This document shows positions 18,908-29,102 of a stretch of 64,000 bases of DNA, one piece after another. Source of the DNA: an uncultured delta proteobacterium (GTDB lineage Bacteria; Myxococcota; Myxococcia; Myxococcales; Myxococcaceae). A model generated the notes under the pieces. The model was not told the DNA's origin, searched no databases, and saw only the letters and a program-made list of their open reading frames with translations. The stretch lies in contig CAVQKE010000001.1 of the NCBI GenBank assembly GCA_963713045.1, positions 160,001-224,000 on the forward strand, written 5' to 3'. The translations under genes were made by a program, and so were the position numbers. Each line of letters starts with the position of its first letter. The first letter of the stretch is position 1.

Positions 18908-20923
18908 ATGCAGGGAGGGCAGGAAGACGAGGCAGCGGTGGCGCTGCGACGCCACTTCGGGCTGCCCGGTTTCCGCACCGGGCAGGCGGATGTCATCCGC
19001 AGGGTGCTCGCCGGGCAGAACACCGTGGTGGTGATGCCCACCGGTGCCGGGAAGAGCCTCTGCTACCAGCTGCCGGCGGTGCTGCTCCCCGGGGTGACGG
19101 TGGTGGTGTCGCCGCTCATCGCCCTGATGAAGGACCAGGTGGAGCAACTTGAGGCGCGCGGCATTGCTGCCACCCTCGTCAACTCCACCCTCAGCGAAGC
19201 CGAGCGCTCCGAGCGCATCCGCCGCATGCGTGCCGGCGCCTACCGGTTGGTGTACGTGGCTCCGGAGCGCTTCAAAAGCAACGCCTTCCTCGAGGCGTTG
19301 CAGGCCGCCGGCGTCGCCCTGTTGGCAATCGACGAGGCGCACTGCATCAGCCAATGGGGGCATGACTTCCGGCCGGACTACGCGCTGCTCGGCCAGGTGC
19401 GCAAGAAGCTGCGCCCCCCGCGCACGGTGGCCCTCACCGCCACCGCCACGCCGGAGGTGCGAGAGGACATTGTCCGCTCGCTGCTGTTGAAGGACCCCTG
19501 CGTCTTCGTCGCTGGCTTCGACCGTCCCAACCTCTTCCTCGAGGTGTGCCCGGTGTCCGGGGACGAAGACAAGCGGGCAGCTTGCGCCGCCCGGGTGGCC
19601 GAGGGCGGCTCAGGCCTCGTCTATTGCGCCACCCGCAAGGCGGCCGAGTCGATGCACGCTGCACTCAAGCTGCGCGGTCACACGCCGGTGCTGTACCACG
19701 CTGGGATGGAGGAGGACGACCGCCGCCGCGCGCAGGACCGCTTCATGTCCACCGCCAACGCGGTGGCCATCGCCACCAACGCCTTCGGGATGGGCATCGA
19801 CAAGCCCGACATCCGCTTCGTCATCCACGCCCACATTCCCCGCGCGGTGGAGGCCTACTACCAGGAGATTGGGCGCGCCGGGCGGGACGGCGGGGCGGCC
19901 CACGCCCTGCTTCTCTTCAACCACGCCGACGTCTTCACCCAGGAACGGATGATTGAGGGCAACCACCCGTCGGAGGCCGTCATCTCCGATGTCTGGAATG
20001 CGCTGGTGGCAGCCGGAGGCTTTGACCGCGGGCTGGCGGCGTTGGCCACCGGCGTGGGTGCCAGCGAATTCGAGGTGTCCGCCGCCCTGCGCATTCTTGA
20101 ACGCGAAGGGCTTTTGGAGAGAAAGGACGCGGGCGAAGGCGCCTGGCGGCTGCGCCGCCTGGAGGCGCCCAGCGTGCCGGCGCGGCTGAGTAAGCCGGCG
20201 CGGGGGGTGTACGACGCCGTGACGGCGCTGGCTGGCCCGGGCCAGGTGGCCAGCGTACGGCTTCACGCGCTGGCCTCACGTTGCGGTCTGGAAATGGACA
20301 CAGTCCGGCGGGCCCTTGCCGCCTTGGACAAGGCCCATCTGTTGGAGGTGCGCCGGCCTTTTTCGGGCCGCAGCATTCGTCCGCTGCAGCGCGTGCCCTT
20401 CCACACCCTCGGGCTGTCCCTCGAGCGGGTGCGGGCCCAAGAGCAGCGCTCGCTGCTGCTGCTGAAGCGCATGACGGACTACGCCTACGGCCGCCGCTGC
20501 CGGCGGGGCTTCCTGTTGCGGTACTTCGGTGAGGAACTGGCCGAAAGCGGCTGTTCCGGCTGCGACGTCTGCCACGGCCGGAGGACGACGCTGAGCCCGT
20601 CTCGGCCCAAGCCGGTGGGGAAGAATGCCGTCTACAAGCCGGGCGCTGAAGGCGGACCTGGCCAGTACAGCGAGCACGCCGCGCTGGAACTGCGCCGCTT
20701 CCGCCGGGAGCTCTCGCGGGACCTGGAAGTGCCCCCCTTTATTGTCTTCAACGACAAGACGCTGCGCGCACTGGCCACCGCCCTCCCCAAAAACCGCGAG
20801 GACTTCCTCCGGGTGAAGGGCACCGGCCCGACGCAGTGGGAACGCTTTGGGCCGAAGGTGGTGGAGATTTGTGCCACCGCCCACCGCGGCGGCACGGAGA
20901 CTGCGCCGGGCGAAGCGTCCTGA
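18908..20923 (+). CDS. recQ: RecQ-family DNA helicase with HRDC domain
   Basis: TGAGKS, DEAHCISQWGHDFRP, QEIGRAGRDG, CRR..C..CD.C Zn site, HRDC-like C-terminus. Confidence 0.93.
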   Translation: MQGGQEDEAAVALRRHFGLPGFRTGQADVIRRVLAGQNTVVVMPTGAGKSLCYQLPAVLLPGVTVVVSPLIALMKDQVEQLEARGIAATLVNSTLSEAERSERIRRMRAGAYRLVYVAPERFKSNAFLEALQAAGVALLAIDEAHCISQWGHDFRPDYALLGQVRKKLRPPRTVALTATATPEVREDIVRSLLLKDPCVFVAGFDRPNLFLEVCPVSGDEDKRAACAARVAEGGSGLVYCATRKAAESMHAALKLRGHTPVLYHAGMEEDDRRRAQDRFMSTANAVAIATNAFGMGIDKPDIRFVIHAHIPRAVEAYYQEIGRAGRDGGAAHALLLFNHADVFTQERMIEGNHPSEAVISDVWNALVAAGGFDRGLAALATGVGASEFEVSAALRILEREGLLERKDAGEGAWRLRRLEAPSVPARLSKPARGVYDAVTALAGPGQVASVRLHALASRCGLEMDTVRRALAALDKAHLLEVRRPFSGRSIRPLQRVPFHTLGLSLERVRAQEQRSLLLLKRMTDYAYGRRCRRGFLLRYFGEELAESGCSGCDVCHGRRTTLSPSRPKPVGKNAVYKPGAEGGPGQYSEHAALELRRFRRELSRDLEVPPFIVFNDKTLRALATALPKNREDFLRVKGTGPTQWERFGPKVVEICATAHRGGTETAPGEAS

Positions 20924-20940
20924 GGGACGCTTCGGCCCTT

Positions 20941-21306
20941 TCAGGAACGAAAGGCGGCCCGGCGCTTCCACACCGCGCGCAGGCCCGCGCCCAAAAGGCC
21001 CAAGGCGGACGCCAGAAGGAAGATGACGGCCAGGGCGGTGGCACCGAAGATGGCACGCAGGCCCACCTCGCCCAGCTGTCCTTGCAGGTAGGCTTCGCGC
21101 AGCGGCCCCAACAGCCCGCACAGCGACAGGACCTGCGCCGGCAGCGCGTCCAGGGCAAAGGAAAGGGTGAGGACGCTGCGCGAGGGGTACAGCCGCCGGA
21201 GGCTCTCCACCAAAAGGCCCACGCCGAGGTAGGCCACCGCGAGGGCAAGCGCATTGGACACCACCACCCGGGCCAACCTGGGCGGCGCCGGCTGCACCAC
21301 CCTCAT
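20941..21306 (-). CDS. Hypothetical membrane protein
   Basis: Two or three hydrophobic segments; GC3-rich codons. Confidence 0.6.
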   Translation of the reverse strand: MRVVQPAPPRLARVVVSNALALAVAYLGVGLLVESLRRLYPSRSVLTLSFALDALPAQVLSLCGLLGPLREAYLQGQLGEVGLRAIFGATALAVIFLLASALGLLGAGLRAVWKRRAAFRS

Positions 21307-21593
21307 CGGCCGGTCCCAGTCTGCAAGGCGTAGGGCACCGGCACCGGCGAGGCCTGGGGGGCACTTGTTGAAAGCGGGCCAGCAGCGGACATGAAAGTTT
21401 TTTCAGCCAGTCTCCAGCGTGTCCACCGGCAGCCGCGTCGCGCCGCCGAAGGAAGTGGCGGCCACAGGCACGGCAAGACGCTGAGGAGGCCTAACTGGTC
21501 GGGTACCCGGGCAAGTATAGGGAGAACCTCCGGCAGCCACTAGACGGGGGCACCTGGCCGAGTGCCCCGCCTGCGCCGCGCCTGGGGGCTGGC

Positions 21594-24500
21594 TCACCTG
21601 TTGGCAACCGACTTCTTCTTCAGGCCGGGAAGCAGCTTCTTGACCCGCGTGGCCTCGCTGGCCTTGGGCGCCAGGCGAAGAAACGTCTGGTACTCCACCT
21701 GAGCACGCGCCACTTCCGCGTCGGAGCCCCCCACCAGCGCGTCCGCCAAGGCGAGGCGCATGGCGGCGTCCCCTGGGTCCAGCTGCACGGCTTGGGCGAG
21801 CTCCTCGCGCGCATGCGCATCCTCATGCTGCCGGCGCAGCACCAGGCCCAAGGAGGCATGGGGTTCAGCCAGCGCCGGCCCCACCTGGACGGCTTGTTCC
21901 GCTGCATGACGGGCGTCCTTGACGGCGCCGTTCAGCAGGAACAGCCGGGCCAGAAGCGCTGAAGCCGAGGCGCGGTCCCACACCTTGGGCGCCTGCGTGG
22001 ACAGCGACTGCAGCATGGCCCGGGCCCTGGGCGGAGCCGCCTGGGGCTTCACCGCCACCTGACCCACCTTGCCGCAGACGCTGTCCGCGTCCTCGTGCAG
22101 CGCGGCCTGGTAGGCCTTGGTGGCCTGGGGGGAGTTGAGTTGGCGCAGGTAGGCCCGGCCGATGGCGCAAAGCGTCTCGGCGTCCTTGGGGTTGAGACGG
22201 TTGGCCTTCTCCAGGGCCGCCATGCCGCCCCGCACGTCCCCCTTGGAGAAGAGAAGCTGGGCGTGCAAGCGCTGCGCGTCCACGTCCGAGGGCTCCTTCT
22301 GCAGCGCGCGCGCAAGGTGCGCTTCGGCGTCCTTCGGGCGGCCCAGCTGGGCTTCGGCGAAGGCCACGTCGCGCGCAGCAGCCGGGGAGGCCGGGTTGTC
22401 CGCCAACCAGGCCTCGGCCTGCCGCAGGCCGTCCTCGCCGCGCCCCAGCGCCAGCAGCGCCCGGCTGAAGGCATGCCGGGACTCGCCGTGGCTGCCGTTG
22501 CGCTGCACCGAGATGCTGAGCGGTTCGAGCGCCTTGTCCGGGGCCCCTTTGCTGAGCAGGAGCCGACCCAACGCACAGCCGCCCTCCCAGTCGCGCGGGT
22601 CCTTCATCGCTTGCTCGAATTGCGCCCGCGCCTGGTCGAGGACGCCGCGCTGCCAGTAGATTTTCCCCAGTGCCACCGAGACTTCGGCCCGGGGGCGCTT
22701 GCTGGAGGCCTGCGTCCGCTCGAGGACGCTCACCGCCTTGTCCGCCTCCCCGTCGGCGGCGTCGGCCAGCGCCAGCAGGGCCACCGCCTCCACCGGGACA
22801 CGGCCCGCCACCTGGGTGCGCTGCAGCTCGCTGCGCGCGCGCTTCCAGTCCTTCAGTCGGACTGCCGCTTCGCCGCGGACCAGGGCCATTTTCCGGCTGT
22901 CGTCGGACGCGAAGCGCTGCAGCACCTCGCGTTCGCGGTCTCGGGCAAGCAGCACCCGGGCCAGCCCCTCGCGCGCCTCTTCACTTTTGGGACGCGCCGT
23001 CACCGCCGACTCGAAGGCGTCCTGGGCGGCGGCCATCTCTCCGCCGGCGCGCAGGGCGTCGCCCAGCGCCAGCTGAAAGTCAAAGCTTCTGTCCGGGAAG
23101 GCCTTGGCACCGTCGGTCAGCGTCTGCACCGCCAAGGCATGCGCCCCGGTGGCGGACAACAGCCGGCCCAGCACCAGGCTCCGCCGCGCCTTCTCCACGG
23201 GCGTCAGGACGTCGCCGGCGGCGGGCAGCTTCTCCACGGCCTGGACGGTGGAAGTGACGTCCTGGCCTTGGGCGAGCAGGCTTTCCGCCTCGCCCAGGAC
23301 GCGTCCCGGGTGCGTGGGTGAGGCCTGGGCGGCGTTGGCGTAAAAGGTGAGGGCGTTGGCGTCGTCCCCCGCCTCCCGGTAGTAGTCCGCCAGTGCCAGC
23401 AGTGCCCGGACGTTGGCGCCTTGCAGCTCGAGCGCTCGCTTGAAGCGCAGCACCGCCGTCTTGGCATCCCCGGACTGCAAGAGGATGCGCCCCGCCAACT
23501 CATGCACTTCGGTGACGTCCAGCGGGCTTGCCAGGACGGCCGCCTTCTGCGCCGTTTGGCCGGCGGCGTCCGCCAACAGGTAGCGGCTGACCAGCACCGT
23601 CGCCGGCGAAGCCTCGGCCACCCCAGGGTGGGCCAGCGCCGCCTCGGCCTGGGCCTTGTCAGCCGGCGTGCCGCCGTGCTCGGCGAAGAGGCGCGCATGC
23701 CCCAGTGCGGTGAGCGTCCAGGCTTCATCGCTGTGCGCGTCCATGGAAACCGCCTGCAGCAGGGCCTGCAGCCCTTGGGTGTAGCCGGCCACCGTGTCCA
23801 ACGCGAAGGCCTTGCGCGCACTGCCCAGGGCGTCTCGCAAGTCTCGCCCCTGGTTGACGGCCCGGGTGTGGACGAAGGCCCAGCTCGCGGCACCGACGGC
23901 CGCCGCCACCACGCAGAGCAGCCCCAGCTTCAGCCAGTGCCGCTGAAGGAAGCTTCTCTCGCGATGGGCCTCCTCCACCTTGGCTCGAAGGTTGGATTCA
24001 AATTCGCGGGCAATGGCCTCGGTGTCCCTGGTGCTGAGGCCCATCCGCGGCAGCGCCGGCATGGTGGAGGCCTCTGACAACTCCGGAATCTCCGACAGGA
24101 CGCCGGCCTCGGCGGCAAACGGCGCCGGCGTCGCAGTCCGGGCCTCGGCGGCGTCACGCGCCGCAGCGTCGCGCAACAGCGGCACCGGGATGATGTCCCG
24201 GGTGTTGGAGGGCGAGCTGGCCGGCAAGTCCGACAGGCTGGACAGCGCCGGGGACAGCCCGGGAGGGGCGCTGCGCGTCGGTGGACTCGACGGCGACCCC
24301 GTCGGGGCCCGCGCCTGCGGCGCCTCCTGCGGGACCGGGGTCAGCATCGGCGGCGGGGCCCGCCCCGGGTCCGTCCGCTCGAGGGTCTCCCCCAGGTTGC
24401 GGTTGCCGGGGCGGATGGTGGGCGGCGGGCCGCCGGCCAGCGCCCCTTGCGTCTGCTCGAGCCAGGTCCGCAACTCCTCGTCGTCGGGGGCCAGCGCCTG

Positions 24501-24839
24501 GGCCTTGCGCAACAGCGGCAGGGCCGAGCGGTACAGCCCTTTGGCCAGCAGCACCTCGCAGATGAGGTGGTAGGCGTAGGGGTCGTCGCGGTTGACGGCC
24601 ACCGCCCGGTCAAACTGTTCCATCGCCTCCGCCGGGCGCCCCAGGTTGATGAGGGCCTTGCCCCACATGACGCGCCCAGCAACGCTGCTTTGGTTGTGCA
24701 GCACGCCCTGCTGGCACACCGCGATGGCGCGCGCGCTGTCGCCCTCCTCGACAAGCGAGTTCGCAAGCTCAACGAAGAGGTGGGAGGTGGGGTCCTGGGC
24801 GAGGATCTCCTCGTAGCGCTCCACCAGCGACTTGGCCAT
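21594..24839 (-). CDS. Large membrane-anchored TPR protein
   Basis: N-terminal TPRs, Pro-rich linker, one TM helix, long C-terminal TPR array. Confidence 0.85.
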   Translation of the reverse strand: MAKSLVERYEEILAQDPTSHLFVELANSLVEEGDSARAIAVCQQGVLHNQSSVAGRVMWGKALINLGRPAEAMEQFDRAVAVNRDDPYAYHLICEVLLAKGLYRSALPLLRKAQALAPDDEELRTWLEQTQGALAGGPPPTIRPGNRNLGETLERTDPGRAPPPMLTPVPQEAPQARAPTGSPSSPPTRSAPPGLSPALSSLSDLPASSPSNTRDIIPVPLLRDAAARDAAEARTATPAPFAAEAGVLSEIPELSEASTMPALPRMGLSTRDTEAIAREFESNLRAKVEEAHRERSFLQRHWLKLGLLCVVAAAVGAASWAFVHTRAVNQGRDLRDALGSARKAFALDTVAGYTQGLQALLQAVSMDAHSDEAWTLTALGHARLFAEHGGTPADKAQAEAALAHPGVAEASPATVLVSRYLLADAAGQTAQKAAVLASPLDVTEVHELAGRILLQSGDAKTAVLRFKRALELQGANVRALLALADYYREAGDDANALTFYANAAQASPTHPGRVLGEAESLLAQGQDVTSTVQAVEKLPAAGDVLTPVEKARRSLVLGRLLSATGAHALAVQTLTDGAKAFPDRSFDFQLALGDALRAGGEMAAAQDAFESAVTARPKSEEAREGLARVLLARDREREVLQRFASDDSRKMALVRGEAAVRLKDWKRARSELQRTQVAGRVPVEAVALLALADAADGEADKAVSVLERTQASSKRPRAEVSVALGKIYWQRGVLDQARAQFEQAMKDPRDWEGGCALGRLLLSKGAPDKALEPLSISVQRNGSHGESRHAFSRALLALGRGEDGLRQAEAWLADNPASPAAARDVAFAEAQLGRPKDAEAHLARALQKEPSDVDAQRLHAQLLFSKGDVRGGMAALEKANRLNPKDAETLCAIGRAYLRQLNSPQATKAYQAALHEDADSVCGKVGQVAVKPQAAPPRARAMLQSLSTQAPKVWDRASASALLARLFLLNGAVKDARHAAEQAVQVGPALAEPHASLGLVLRRQHEDAHAREELAQAVQLDPGDAAMRLALADALVGGSDAEVARAQVEYQTFLRLAPKASEATRVKKLLPGLKKKSVANR

Positions 24840-24931
24840 GAAAGACTCTCGACGCTACCACGGCACTGCAATCCCCGCCGTCGGCCGAAACCGGTGCGTC
24901 GGACCCCGGATGGTAGGGTGCAGACTCACCC

Positions 24932-25354
24932 GTGAGTCCCCCTCGCACCCTGGCCCTTCTGCTGCCGGCGATGATGCTGGCAGCCTGCTCGCACAACCTC
25001 TTCGACCCAACCCCCAACTTGAAGACGGACGTCGACGACTTCGAGAAGGCGTTGCGCTTTCAGGACTATTCCGGCGCGGCGTCGTTGGTGGTGCCGGAGC
25101 GCCGTCAGGCCTTCCTTGCCGCCCGGCGCAAGGAAGGCACGGACCTCGAGGTGACGGACATGGAAGTCATCGACGCGCAGATGACGCCGGACGGGAAACA
25201 GGCCAACGTCATCAGCCGCATGCGCTGGGTGCGGCTGCCTTCGGTGAGCGAGGTGACCGCCGAAGTGCACGAGCACTGGGTGCTGGTCGGAAACGGCTGG
25301 CTGGTGGTGTCGCTGGCCGGCGGTCCCTTTCCGGAACTCGCACCGGCGCACTAA
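24932..25354 (+). CDS. Hypothetical lipoprotein
   Basis: Signal with lipobox LAAC; NTF2-like tail (HEHWVLVGNGWLV). Confidence 0.7.
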   Translation: MSPPRTLALLLPAMMLAACSHNLFDPTPNLKTDVDDFEKALRFQDYSGAASLVVPERRQAFLAARRKEGTDLEVTDMEVIDAQMTPDGKQANVISRMRWVRLPSVSEVTAEVHEHWVLVGNGWLVVSLAGGPFPELAPAH

Positions 25355-25397
25355 AAAAATACGCCCACCGCCTCGGGGCCGGCCGAAGCGGTGGGCG
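25353..25397 (-). terminator. Intrinsic terminator
   Basis: Minus strand CGCCCACCGCTTCGG-ccggcc-CCGAGGCGGTGGGCG (15-bp stem with one U.G pair) followed by TATTTTTTT. Confidence 0.85.
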
Positions 25398-25437
25398 CCG
25401 GGCGTCCCCCCATGGGACGTCCTGACCTTGAATACCC
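25353..25437 (-). ncRNA. Candidate sigma54-dependent small RNA (about 85 nt)
   Basis: GG-N10-GC promoter motif, one internal hairpin and a terminator; no credible ORF. Confidence 0.45.
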
Positions 25438-25446
25438 AACACGCTC

Positions 25447-25463
25447 AGCAAACCGGATGCCGA
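25447..25463 (-). promoter_or_regulatory. Putative sigma54 -24/-12 promoter
   Basis: Minus strand TCGGCATCCGGTTTGCT matches TGGCAC-N5-TTGC with exact GG-N10-GC spacing. Confidence 0.55.
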
Positions 25464-25563
25464 GGCCTCCGCATGGCCTCAAAACACCTGGATTTCGGCT
25501 GGTTAGAAGCAAACCAGGACCGACAGTGAACCCCACTGCCGCCGCGAAACCACGACAGCCGTG

Positions 25564-26535
25564 TCAGGCCGCGGCGGTCGGGGCGCGTACCAGCGCCATC
25601 TCCGCGTCCACGCAGCGGATGGTTTCGCGCATGGAATAACGAGGCGCCCAACCCACGTCACGCACCCACGCCGAGCCGTCCACATTGCAGAGGAATTGAA
25701 TGTGGTCGAGTTCCGGAGGCGGAAACCCCGACAGCCGGTAGCGGAAGAGGAGTCCCAACAGGGGGCGGGCGACGACGTGAGGGACGGGGATGGGCGTGCG
25801 GCCGAGCTCGCGAAACACCGCGGACAGAGGCACCTCGCCCGGGCCGACGACGTTGTAGACGCCCCGCAGTCCGGGGGTGAGCGCCGCCACCATGGCCCGA
25901 GCGGCGTCCTCCTGGTGGATGAGTTGCACCATCGGGTCAAAGCCGGCCAGCACCCATGGATGGCGCAGCCGGAGGTAGTTGGAAGGGGCGTTTTTGATGG
26001 TCGGCCCCAGAATGTGCACCGGCCGGAGGATGACGGTCTCCAACTCGGGGTGCCGCCAGAAGAAGCCGTGGGCCAGCATGTCCACTTCAATCAGGTCGCG
26101 CACCTCGGAGAAGCGCGAGGCGGCCATCAGCGGGGCGTCCTCGGTGAGGAAGTTGGAGTTGTCCGGCGAGGGGCCGTAGGCGTTGGCCGAGCTCAGCACC
26201 ACGACTTTCTTCACTCCGCTGCGGGCGCAGGCGTCGAGCAGGCGCATCGTCCCCAAGACGTTGAAGGAATGATGCTCCTCCTGGCTCATCCGCGGGTCAT
26301 GCATGATGCCCATGTGGATGACGGCCTTCACCGGAAAACGTCGGAAGACGTCCTCGGCCTTCTTCTTCCGCAAGTCGATTTGGAAAACCTCGACGTCCTT
26401 CGGCGCCCCGACGAAGGGGCGTCGGTCGATGCCAACAATTTTCTCCTTTCGGTGAAGGAGTTTGGTGAGGGTCCGGCCGAGGTTTCCGCTGATGCCGGTG
26501 ACCACCACCACCTGGTTGTTCTTCTCGGCGCTCAC
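25564..26535 (-). CDS. NAD-dependent epimerase/dehydratase (extended, atypical SDR)
   Basis: VTGISGNLG, HMG, NVLGT, SSANAYG; GTG start overlaps the upstream stop. Confidence 0.88.
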   Translation of the reverse strand: MSAEKNNQVVVVTGISGNLGRTLTKLLHRKEKIVGIDRRPFVGAPKDVEVFQIDLRKKKAEDVFRRFPVKAVIHMGIMHDPRMSQEEHHSFNVLGTMRLLDACARSGVKKVVVLSSANAYGPSPDNSNFLTEDAPLMAASRFSEVRDLIEVDMLAHGFFWRHPELETVILRPVHILGPTIKNAPSNYLRLRHPWVLAGFDPMVQLIHQEDAARAMVAALTPGLRGVYNVVGPGEVPLSAVFRELGRTPIPVPHVVARPLLGLLFRYRLSGFPPPELDHIQFLCNVDGSAWVRDVGWAPRYSMRETIRCVDAEMALVRAPTAAA

Positions 26536-27377
26536 CAGAACACGTTCTTTCGCTCTTCCAGCCCGTGTTGCAGAAGCGACTGGATGGCCGACTTCACCAC
26601 CCGCACTTTTTTGTCCAGCTCCACGTCCTCGTCGTCGGGCAGCCCGGTGAAATACAGCGGGTCCCCGAAGTAGAGGCGGTACTTGGTGGGCAGCGGCAGC
26701 GGGGTGACGGTGAGGGGGAGCGCCGGAAAGCCGATAAGCTTCCCCAATGGCTTGAGGTTGAGCACCGCCGGCGCTTGCTCCTCGGCACCCACAATTCCAA
26801 TCGGGACGATGGGGGTGTTGGTTTCCAGCGCCAGGCGCATGAAGCCGAGGCCGAAGTCCTGCAGCTGGTAGCGCTGAGGCCACAGCTTGCTGATGCCGCG
26901 CACCCCTTCTGGAAACACCATCACCGCCTCTTCCGCTTCCAGGAGGCGCCGGCAATTCTCCGGTGTCCCGACGATTTGGCCGCTCCGGGCGAAGATGGTG
27001 GAGATGAAGGGCAGCGTCGCCGCCCACTTTTCCGTCATGGCGCGCAGCGCCCGCGGCGGGTTGGCTTCCAGCAGCATCGCCACCCCCACCATGGTGCCGT
27101 CGATGGGTAGCTGGCCGCCGTGGTTGGCCACCAGCAGCACCCGTCCCTTGGGCACCTTGTCAATGCCGTGCGTCTCCACCCGGAAGTAGTTTTTGTACAG
27201 CCAGATGAGGGGCGCAGCTGCGGCCAGCAGGTAGTCGACGTCAAAGCCGAAGCGGTCCACGCCAAATTCATTGGCCGGGCGGCGCAGGGTGAGCAGCGCA
27301 GCCGCCCGGTCCCCGGCCAAGCGGTCCGTCCAGGAACGCAGAGAACGCTTCACGTCGTCGGAAAGGGTTTCGAGCAC
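26532..27377 (-). CDS. PlsC-family lysophospholipid acyltransferase
   Basis: NHGGQLPID (HxxxxxD) and FPEG; start uncertain. Confidence 0.88.
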   Translation of the reverse strand: MLETLSDDVKRSLRSWTDRLAGDRAAALLTLRRPANEFGVDRFGFDVDYLLAAAAPLIWLYKNYFRVETHGIDKVPKGRVLLVANHGGQLPIDGTMVGVAMLLEANPPRALRAMTEKWAATLPFISTIFARSGQIVGTPENCRRLLEAEEAVMVFPEGVRGISKLWPQRYQLQDFGLGFMRLALETNTPIVPIGIVGAEEQAPAVLNLKPLGKLIGFPALPLTVTPLPLPTKYRLYFGDPLYFTGLPDDEDVELDKKVRVVKSAIQSLLQHGLEERKNVFW

Positions 27378-27450
27378 GGGCTTTGGGCCTTCCAATTACC
27401 ACGGGGACCGCGCCTGGTCCCCCCGCCCGGGGGCTGCGGCGCCTCGGCCC

Positions 27451-28386
27451 TCAGGAAGACGCGGGGGCGAAGCCCCGCGCCGCCTCGCCGAGCGTGCAAA
27501 AGGTGAAGTCTCTGGCCAACCAGGACAGCACCTCGGCCAGCCGCCGCTCCTTCTGGGCGCGCGCGACGCCGAGGTCCCGCTGGCGCCGCACCAGCGCCCC
27601 GGCAATGCCGTCGGCCGCGTCCAGCACGTCCACCGCGTGCAATTCGAAGGACAAGAAGTCGTCCCGCACCACCCCTCGGTAGGCGCCCCGCACTGCCCAG
27701 CCGGGCATCGACGTCACCAGCGTCCCAAAAAAGGGCACCCGCAACCGCCTGGTCACCGCCATCGGCAATTCCCACAGCGGTGCCGTGCCCCGGCGGTAAG
27801 GCTGATGGATGTCCGGCGCATACGGCTGGCGCGGGGCCAGAAGGACGGCCGGGCTATCCAGCGAGGAGGCCGAGCCGCGTCCCAACAGCCCCATGCCCCC
27901 AAGCACCGCCGCCTTGGCCAGGTAGTAAGGCACCGCGGGGAAGACGGAGGCGTCGTAGCGGTAGCCCCGGCGCACCAGCGCGCCCAGCAAGGTACTGGAC
28001 AGTGTGTAGCCCGGCGCGCGGAAGCCTTCGGGCTGGACGCCGGAGACGGCCCTCAGCGCCTCCTCAGCGCGTGCCAGTTCCTCCTCCACCAACGACGCAC
28101 TGGCCCGGGCAAGCGCATAGGGATGGGTGTGGCTGTGGCTGGCCAACTCATGCCCGGCTTGGACAGCCCGGCGCAGCACCTCTGCCCCCTCCCCCTGGGC
28201 GTCCTCTCCGACGACGAAGAAGGTGGCCTTGAGGCCCTGCGCTGCGAAGAGGGCAAGCAGCCGAGGCAGGGCGAGGGTGAGGTGGAGACCCCGCGTCCGG
28301 GCATCCAACGCCGCCTCGCCGAGGCCGTGGATGCGCGCATAGTGCTGCAGTCCGTCCAGGTCGACGCTGACGCAGGCGCGTTTCAC
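27451..28386 (-). CDS. Polysaccharide deacetylase family protein
   Basis: SVDLD, ATFFVVG, HELASHSHTH, GFRAPG. Confidence 0.88.
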   Translation of the reverse strand: MKRACVSVDLDGLQHYARIHGLGEAALDARTRGLHLTLALPRLLALFAAQGLKATFFVVGEDAQGEGAEVLRRAVQAGHELASHSHTHPYALARASASLVEEELARAEEALRAVSGVQPEGFRAPGYTLSSTLLGALVRRGYRYDASVFPAVPYYLAKAAVLGGMGLLGRGSASSLDSPAVLLAPRQPYAPDIHQPYRRGTAPLWELPMAVTRRLRVPFFGTLVTSMPGWAVRGAYRGVVRDDFLSFELHAVDVLDAADGIAGALVRRQRDLGVARAQKERRLAEVLSWLARDFTFCTLGEAARGFAPASS

Positions 28387-29102
28387 GCGCCGCCCTTGAG
28401 GCGCACCACCCACACCAGCTTGACCACATTGCGCAGCACGTTGGGGACGCGTTTGTAGAGGTGCACCGTTGGCTTGCGCTTCTCGCGCAACTCAATGGGG
28501 ATTTCCAACACCTGCAGCCCGGCCCGCCAGGCACGGATGACCAATTCACTGGCGAAGACGTCGCGGTCCACCACACAGGCCGTCACCACCGGCAGCAGAC
28601 GCTCCCGTCGAAAGGCCTTCAGCCCGTGGGTGTCGGTGCCTTGGAAGTCGAGCAGCAAGCGCAACAGCCCGTTGTGGACCCGCGTGGCTACCCGGCGCAC
28701 CAGCGGACGGCGGTCCACCGCCCCCTTGGCCGCCTTACTGCCCACCACCAAGTCGACGCTTGGGTCCTTCAGCACCTCCAGTGCCGCGTCGTAGAAGTGC
28801 AAGTCCCCAAGGTCAATCTCGTCGCACACCACCAGCGTGCCGCGCGCGGCCAGAAGGCCAGCCTTGAGGGCCGCCCCGTAGTTGGGGCGCTGCACGTGGA
28901 GCCACCGCACGCGCGGGTCCGCCGCGGAGAGGCCTTCTAGAATTTGAGGCGTCTCGTCCCGGGAGCCATTCTCGGCCAGCACCATCTCCCAAGTCAGCCC
29001 TCGGGCATCCAGGGCGCGCGCCAGCTCGCCGACAGCCGAGGCAACAATCGACGCCTCGTTGTAGACGGGGATGACGACGCTCAGCTGCGGTGGAGCAGTC
29101 AT
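28383..29102 (-). CDS. GT2 glycosyltransferase (DPM1-like)
   Basis: SVVIPVYNE, NGSRDET, YGAAL, DTHG. Confidence 0.9.
   Translation of the reverse strand: MTAPPQLSVVIPVYNEASIVASAVGELARALDARGLTWEMVLAENGSRDETPQILEGLSAADPRVRWLHVQRPNYGAALKAGLLAARGTLVVCDEIDLGDLHFYDAALEVLKDPSVDLVVGSKAAKGAVDRRPLVRRVATRVHNGLLRLLLDFQGTDTHGLKAFRRERLLPVVTACVVDRDVFASELVIRAWRAGLQVLEIPIELREKRKPTVHLYKRVPNVLRNVVKLVWVVRLKGGA

Noticed and set aside
21307..21593. 287-nt intergenic region with two small hairpins, a minus-strand TATACT and short ORFs
   Set aside because: No recognisable riboswitch, 6S or tmRNA features and no U-tailed terminator; the ORFs lack coding character. An Rfam scan would settle it.
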